A stretch of DNA of 64,000 nt. It comes from Eledone cirrhosa (lineage: Eukaryota). The stretch covers positions 143,778,001 through 143,842,000 of the forward strand of contig OZ024741.1 in NCBI GenBank assembly GCA_964016885.1, given 5' to 3'. Shown here in pieces: positions 51,196-64,000 of this stretch (the stretch's first letter is position 1; each line of letters begins with the position of its first letter). The notes under the pieces are model-generated. The model was not told where the DNA came from and ran no database searches. It saw only the letters and a list, made by a program, of their open reading frames with translations. The position numbers and the translations under genes were made by a program.

Positions 51196-54016
51196 GGCAT
51201 AGGTTAATTATAACGTCCGCGAAAGTGAAAGTCAATTTTCTGACAAGTGAATGTGTTTTTTGTTTTTTTTTACAGTGAAATTTACGATAAACTCTTTGTT
51301 TATTTACAACAGGTCTCTATAGTGATATGGTGTTAATTAGTATTGCGTGTGTGATTATTTTCTCTTATATATATATATATATGTGTGGGTGTGTATATGT
51401 GTGTATATATATATGTGTGTCTGTATGTATATATATGTGTGTGTTTGTATATATATATGTGTTTGTGTCATCATCATCGTTTAGATGTTTTTGTAATATC
51501 TTGCCAAAGTTGGCACCAACTATAAACAAATTAAGGCCGGGTCATAAGAAGGACAGAGAATGATAAGGGATTTGGGTAAAAACATCTAAACGATGATGAT
51601 GACACAAACACATATATATATACAAACACACATATATATATACATACAAACACACATATATATACACACATATACACACCCACACATATATATATAAGAG
51701 AAAATAATCACACACGCAATACTAATTAACACCATATCACTATAGAGACCTGTTGTAAATAAACTGTAGCGGTTGTCTCCCTTGTTTTGATTAGGATCTA
51801 GACGGGAAGTGGAACCCTTTCTGCAACTTCCGGTCAGAGCCCTATAAAACTAACAACTTTAAGCTTCCTTTCTCTCTTTGCCTTTTCGGCACCAGGTTGA
51901 AGAGTCTTCTCATTTGGCTCTGCCATTAAATTGGCCAATAGGCGCCTGGCCTTAGCCAGGCGCCCTCTGCCAGCCGCGTTTGCCTGGCAATCCAAACGGT
52001 AACTACTAACTTTGTTTCATTCTAACATCTATCTTTGACATGTCAAGTATTCTATCTACCGTTAATTAAATATTATATACACAAACCATGTCTCGTTTTG
52101 TTACATTCATACCCCCAGTATCCTCTATATTGGTAACCCTGACGTGATACGAACACGCAGCCGTTCATCGCTATATTGGTAACCCTGACGTGATACGAAC
52201 ACGCAGCCGTTCATCGCTATAAGTGGTCATCACCCCCCCCCCCCCAAAAAAAAAAGAAAAAATAGCACATCTGGTTTTGTGAGTAACATTACGAATACAC
52301 AGCAAATTTAGCGACAAACTATGAAAATACTCAAGGACACGCACACACGCACATGTGGAATTCGCACAGACATACTTTTTCTCTCACGCATCAATTAACT
52401 GTCGCATTTCACCAATATATATATATATGTTTCTCGTTTCTTACAACGAACACTTTCAAAACAAAAAAAACATTTCACGATATATATATATATATGTTTC
52501 TCGTTTCTTACAACGAACTCTTTCAAAACACAAAAAAAAAAAAAAAAAAAAAAAAAGAAATTTGATATTCTTTAAAAAACATTTCAACATTTATTTTCGA
52601 TGAACCATTGCCTTTTGTTCTTCGTTTTCTTCATCGTTCAAGTTTTTTGTTTTTTTCCAAAGTTCACACCTATAATTATGCTGATTGAAGCCTTTCTTTT
52701 TCATCATTGTCACTTTCAAAATTGCACTATCATTTTCTCGCGCGTTAGAAATATTTTTTTTTCAACCTTGTATTGGCACGTGTAGGCAGCATAAATTCTC
52801 GATTCACTGAGATGTCTCTACTCACAGACAGCCGCACGCCATTTATCACCAGGGATTCTTCAGCCTTAAGCTATATTCTTCTATTTGCCGGTTTATAAAT
52901 TTACAATGTAAATTTACCGTTGATGACCGCGCATTTATTAAGAATGCTTATTTCTCTGGTCGCTGGCCTCTTGACCCTTCCAGGTCAACGCATTCTCAAC
53001 ATCGACCATCAACTTCGGCTGCTATTTCTAGCACTTTGCGCAACTCATTTTTTCTAAAAAAAAATTTTTTACTGTGAATTTAAACACCGAATACGCTCAC
53101 TCAGCGAGACAACAGCAGCAGCAACAGCAATACATCAATACAGCTTCACCAAAGCCAGAGAATTCATTTTTGCAGCACTCTTCCTGTGAGAAAATCCATT
53201 CGGAGGTTGGAAATTTCACGATATACCACAGAACAGAAACCACCTGCATTCATTCTCTGGAACACACTTTCTTTCCTGCTGTCATGTGATTGCACACCTG
53301 TGAACTATATTTTGAACTTTGAGCTCTTCTATTACTTTTACTTTATTACATTGTATCTTTGGGTGATGGATAGATGGATGTCCAGTCGTTCTCTGGCCAA
53401 GAGCGGTTGGCTACCTTGATATCTATCATTGATTTTTCCAAACATTCTTTTGTCGTAATTTTCATGCCTGTTACAACATTCTCGCCAACTTGCTACATAT
53501 TTTCATTTCGATTTTTATACACTAAAATTCTGGCGGGAGGTTATGTAGCGGTTGTCTCCCTTGTTTTGATTAGGATCTAGACGGGAAGTGGAACCCTTTC
53601 TGCAACTTCCGGTCAGAGCCCTATAAAACTAACAACTTTAAGCTTCCTTTCTCTCTTTGCCTTTTCGGCACCAGGTCGAAGAGTCTTCTCATTTGGCTCT
53701 GCCATTAAATTGGCCAATAGGCGCCTGGCCTTAGCCAGGCGCCCTCTGCCAGCCGCGTTTGCCTGGCAATCCAAACGGTAACTACTAACTTTGTTTCATT
53801 CTAACATCTATCTTTGACATGTCAAGTATTCTATCTACCGTTAATTAAATATTATATACACAAACCATGTCTCGTTTTGTTACATTCATACACCCAGAAT
53901 GCTCGCTATAAAACAAAGAGTTTATCGTAAATTTCACTGTAAAAAACAAAAACAAACACATTCACTTATCAGAAAAGTGACTTTCACTTTCGCGGACGTT
54001 ATAATTAACCTATGCC
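51196..54016. repeat. Foldback with ~300-bp arms; right arm split by the LTR element
   Basis: 51196-51492 is inverted at 51578-51764 plus 53915-54016. Confidence 0.92.
51765..53910 (+). mobile_element. Complete non-autonomous (TRIM-like) LTR retrotransposon, 2146 bp
   Basis: LTRs 51765-52129 and 53544-53910, 4-bp TSD AAAC, tRNA-Trp PBS at 52131 (duplicated at 52177), purine-rich GGCGGGAGG before the 3' LTR, no long ORF. Confidence 0.95.
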
Positions 54017-54106
54017 TATGTTTTTTTTTTATTTATGTATTGATTTTTGCCCACTTCAAAAATGTAGTTTTCACACACATGCGCACCCTCCCTCCCCACA
54101 CACTAT

Positions 54107-54410
54107 CTCTTTCACACACACATACACACACACGCGCGCATGTAAACACGACATCCAATTCTACATTTTACGGATATTTCCACACTAATTAAACGCTTAC
54201 ACTTCGCAAACCATTGCTATCCCATTCCCCACACACTTTCAAGATGTTAATCAGTGTCTCTTTCACACACACATACACACACGCGCGCGCATGTAAACAC
54301 GACATCCAATTTTACATTTTATGCATATTTCCACACTAATTAAACGCTTACACTACGCAAACCATTGCTATCCCATTCCCCACACACTTTCAAGATGTTA
54401 ATCAGTGTCT
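54107..54410. repeat. Two ~150-bp tandem copies
   Basis: CTCTTTCACACACACATAC...GTTAATCAGTGT is repeated. Confidence 0.9.
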
Positions 54411-54419
54411 CAGCCTGAA

Positions 54420-55400
54420 CAAAATGTCAACATCCACGTTGCTGAACAGTGTTCCAATGTCACCTGTCATCCCCACAAGGAGCTACAGGGAGCTACAGGC
54501 GGAAAAGAAGCCAGAACTGTTCAGCGTGCGACGATTTCCACCATCTCTCTTTTGTCGGCTTGACACGACTAGCCTCGAACGGACTCCCAACGTGAAGCTG
54601 CAACAGCTTCCTCATCTTCTCGCCCGCGCAGCAGCGGTTACCCACCACACCCCCAGATGACACAGCATGCCTGTCCGACACCAATCCCTCGCTGGTCAAC
54701 ATTACTCGGCTCAGGCGACTTCGAAAGATCTCCTTTTAGAATCCCCAAAACAAGCCTGGTTGCCTGTGGTCAATGCCCTCGCAGCCTTAATCTGGAAAGC
54801 CTTGGACATAGATCGACACAGTGATTAGAAGAGATTGTTTTATTTCGTTCCATTGATCCCCAGCTTCCCCAACTCTGATGCTGATCGACGCGGCCCTGAT
54901 CAAGGCCATCATCTCGACCTTTGGACAGGTACCAATACCCAGTGTATCCGAGCAGGGTACACTCCACTTCTGATGCTAGCTCAAAGCGTTTTCGTGACCG
55001 AGAAAACGCCAAACTTAACGAGGGTGATGTCTCAGCTGCCGTCAGAATAGTCGCCTCTGACAAAACCACCCTCTACCCCACTGAGAAGGTTTTGGCTACT
55101 TTTCCTCACGCTTGTTTTCCGCTCTACCCTCAGGTCCAGTCTTTGCTAATCGCCAGGCCGAAGAGGGCAAACTGTCAAGTATCGACTGTTCTCTAATAAG
55201 TTTGTGGTTGAGCCTGTAGCAGTGGAAACTTCCGGTGTTATTGGCCCCCGGACCACCTTTCTGTTCACTGCTACTGGAGCGGAGCTGGCAGCCCCGCGAG
55301 GTGGAGTAGTTGTTCCAGCGCGTCCCCTTCGCCGTCGTCTGGGGTAATGTCTTCTCCATCCCTTTGGCCGGGACCACGAGGCGGACATATTATGGTAGGA
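54420..55400 (+). mobile_element. CRE-clade LINE remnant with the RT domain deleted
   Basis: RIPK motif and AKLNEGDVSAAVRIVAS, followed directly by RLE-like KY...EPVAVETSGVIGP and LFQRV.FAVV.GN. Confidence 0.7.
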
Positions 55401-55697
55401 GTAGGGTGGCAGTCTACAGACGTAAGTGTTAATAATACAGGGTGGTGGAAGCATTTCTGAATTGAGGGTGGGGAAAATTTGATCAATTTAGTTGTAGTGA
55501 TTAGTTTAGCTCTTTGTACTCTAAAATGGCCAGAAAACTTTGATATGCGATAAACATAACATGTACATAAATTGTAGCGCATATCCAAATACATGTGTGT
55601 TATAGTAGTTTGGAGAGAAAATATAATTATTGGGGTTAATATATCGAGCTTTATCGCATTTGGTAAGAAACTGGTATTATACCCAATTTATTCATCT

Positions 55698-61485
<5,788 letters not shown>

Positions 61486-61534
61486 ATATATATATATATA
61501 TAAGATCAAAAGATGGTTAAAAGAGTTCAATGTA

Positions 61535-61601
61535 TTTTATTAGGCGCATTTCAAAAACAAATATCATCATGGGATGACATTTGCGTTCTCATCAGATAAA
61601 A
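61535..61601 (-). ncRNA. Type I hammerhead ribozyme, same family as 16486
   Basis: TTTTAT-CTGATGA-GAACGCAAATGTCATC(CCAT)GATGATATTTGTTTTT-GAAA-TGCGCC-TA-ATAAAA. Confidence 0.75.
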
Positions 61602-61701
61602 TAGGAAGACATGATATGAAGCTTAAAAACACTTGCGAGCAGTGAAGTGTTAAATCAACATTTTGAAATGCGCATAATATATATATATATATATATATAT
61701 A

Positions 61702-62984
61702 CAGGGTGCGGACGATATTTGTTCGCAAGATTACTGTCTAGGAAAAAATAACACAGTAGTTTTATTTTTTAAGATATATTTATCAAACTTGGGTCAGTTT
61801 GTCTTCATGACTTGTTCTTTCGATCTCACTCGATAAACCCGCCATTGGCTTTGATGACGGCCTCAAGGCGGCCTTGAAACTGACTACAAGCCTTCGTCAC
61901 TGTCCCCCGACTTAGGCCCTTAAAGGCACTTGTGATCCTGGCCTTCAGATCGTCTTTCGTATTGCAGCTAGATCTGTTTGTGTTTCGTTCCACTGCGCCC
62001 CACACAAAGAATTTGAGGGGGTTGCAGTCTGGTGAGCTGGGCGGCCAGATGTCAGGTGAAGTGTGGTCGACGAAGTTCTCTGACAGCCAGGCTTGGGTCT
62101 TTCGGCTGGTATGGCAGGGCGCTGAGTCTTGCTGCCACACGTACAGCCTACCTGCAGCTACCTGGTCGATCCAGGGCTTTACTACTTCGCCCAGAACGTG
62201 GATGTAGCCATCGGTGTTCAGCTTGAGCCCTCAGGGAAGAAGTTAGGTGGCATGACGTTCCCTTGACTGCTGACGACACCTAAGACCAATGTTGTCGCTG
62301 GAAACTTTGTCTGCATGTATCTGGGCACGTCTTTCGATGAGACAGCGAGCCACCTGTTGTTCTGGGAGTTGATCTTCTGGTCTTGGCAGAAGTTTTTCTC
62401 GTCGGAGAAAAACCACAGCTTGTCTGGCTCCAGTGGGTGTTTCAACTTGTTGATCAGCTTCTTTGCGTGCTTCAGTCGCTTTTCTTGCATCGCCTTTGAC
62501 AGAAATTGTCCTTTCCTCATCTTGTATGAAACGTAGCGAATGTCTTCATGTACCACCAGCCTAATGAGCTTTTCGTCCACGCCTTTCTCCCTTGCAATGG
62601 CACACATCGACTTGCTAGGTTCATTGTTGATGATATCCTGAACTTCAGCGACGAACTCGGGCGTTCTGAAGGCGTCAGATCATCGATCATGTGTTTTCCT
62701 CTCTGATGTTGCTTCATAGTCGAATCCTGAATCTTCCAATTCCTTTCTGACCTTTTCCACCATTCTCCTGCTGACGCTGAGAAAGTCTGAAATTTCTTTA
62801 TTTGTCCTCCCGGCGCGGATTTCCCAAATTTGGAGGTTCAAAATTATTCATAATCAATTATTCTGAAAATAAATAATGGAAATATAGTCACTGTTTTTAT
62901 GAAGACAAGAGTGACAAAGGAAGTAAAAAAAATTTTCATAAAATTTGCAGTTGAAAATTGCGAACAAATATCGTCCACACCCTG
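61702..62984 (-). mobile_element. Tc1/mariner DD37D (maT-type) transposon, inactive
   Basis: ~27-bp TIRs CAGGGTGYGGACGATATTTGTTCGCAA in TA. Motifs WFFSDEKNF, WQQDSAPCH and WPPSSPDCNPLK, with 37 residues between the second Asp and the third position (now Lys); frameshifts. Confidence 0.93.
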
Positions 62985-63054
62985 TATATATATATACAGG
63001 GTGTGGACGATATATATATATATATATACATACATTATATATATATATACATAC

Positions 63055-63205
63055 ATACATTTATTATGGCTATTGGTGAGCTTTGTTACTCTAAAGTTTC
63101 ACCTGCGCACTTAAAGTATGACCAGTCTTGTCTGATGATCCTGTGAGTACGTAGGTGAAACTCCATGACAAAAAGGCTCGTCACTTAGCCATAATAAATG
63201 AATAT
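63055..63205. repeat. Foldback with a degenerate hammerhead in each arm
   Basis: Plus arm TTGT-CTGATGA-TCCTGTG(AGTA)CGTAGGT-GAAA; minus arm ..GCAGGT-GAAA-CTTTAGAG-TA-ACAA. Confidence 0.6.
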
Positions 63206-63259
63206 TTAAACTCTATTTCGGTATTGAGTTTTCATTCTTATGTCCATCAATAATTCCTG

Positions 63260-63544
63260 TACTGTAAGGTCTTGAATAATGCCCACCCACCTTCGCTTAT
63301 TGATTTTATCCCCTCCCTCCGCTTATTAAACTTTGCTAATCTATCTCCTTCGAAATTTTATTGTGATTCGTATTGATACAGCAGTTGGAGAATCTAATAA
63401 TTTTATTTTACAAAAACATTATATATGACAAAAAAAGAACATCACCTAGAAATCCCATATTTATGAACGTTCACTATACAATTACTGATTTCCCAAGCTC
63501 CAGCCATTATTGCCAAACCTCCTATTATTAGGGACCCGAGAGTA
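63260..63544. mobile_element. MITE-like repeat
   Basis: Ends CCTCCTATTATTAGGGACCCGAGAGTA; related copy at 34670-34885. Confidence 0.5.
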
Positions 63545-64000
63545 CCACCAAACTCTCTTCCTCTCTATGTCTATCACACAAAACTCTCTTTTAATCCCCC
63601 CTCTATCTACTACCACCAAACTCTCCCTTCTCTATATCTACCACGACACCGCCTCTCTTATCTCACTCTCTATATCTAAAACCAATACAATCTCCCCTCT
63701 CTATAAATATCTACACTTATCTCTCCCAATCCCTCTCTCTATATATCAATCACTCCTAAGCTCTCTCTATATATATATCTACTACACAGCACTCTCCCAA
63801 TCTACAACCACCAAATTCTCCCCCTCTCTATATCTAACCTACAACACACTCTCCCAATCTCTCTCTCTCTCTTTATATCAATCATCCCCAAACTCTCCCC
63901 CTCGCCACCTCTACCACATGGCACTCTCTCATTATCCCCCCTCATTCTATCCATCACCAGCAAACCCTCACCCCCTCTATACCCAATATACACCACTCTA
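63545..64000. repeat. Degenerate CT-rich ~30-bp minisatellite
   Basis: Recurrent CTCTCTATATCTACYACC-like units. Confidence 0.8.

Overview
Eukaryotic, AT-rich, microsatellite-saturated DNA. The SINE/LINE content resembles octopod cephalopod genomes (inference from recognition, not a search). About the first half of the window lies inside one host gene on the minus strand, a divergent OXNAD1-like (FNR-family FAD/NAD(P) oxidoreductase) gene. Five coding exons (33076-32973, 19556-19415, 18009-17773, 13205-13115, 2039-1873) splice in frame with canonical GT-AG sites; the N-terminal exon(s) were not securely found. The rest is mobile DNA: an intact PHD-finger RTE LINE with a 6.6-kb near-perfect tandem array at its 5' end, two decayed RTEs, Tx1, CRE and R4-like fragments, a deleted Helitron, a DD37D-type Tc1/mariner, a Chapaev3 remnant, MITEs, about 10 copies of a tRNA-derived SINE, a complete 2.1-kb non-coding LTR element with an over-long tRNA-Trp primer site, and a solo LTR. 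The most striking unannotated pattern is a dense set of Penelope-like fragments in (TA)n tracts that form foldbacks from about 85 bp to 5.6 kb and carry hammerhead ribozymes of at least six unrelated sequence families. One is a complete type I GUC hammerhead lying sense to the host pre-mRNA. All calls were made by eye; no database search or folding was run.
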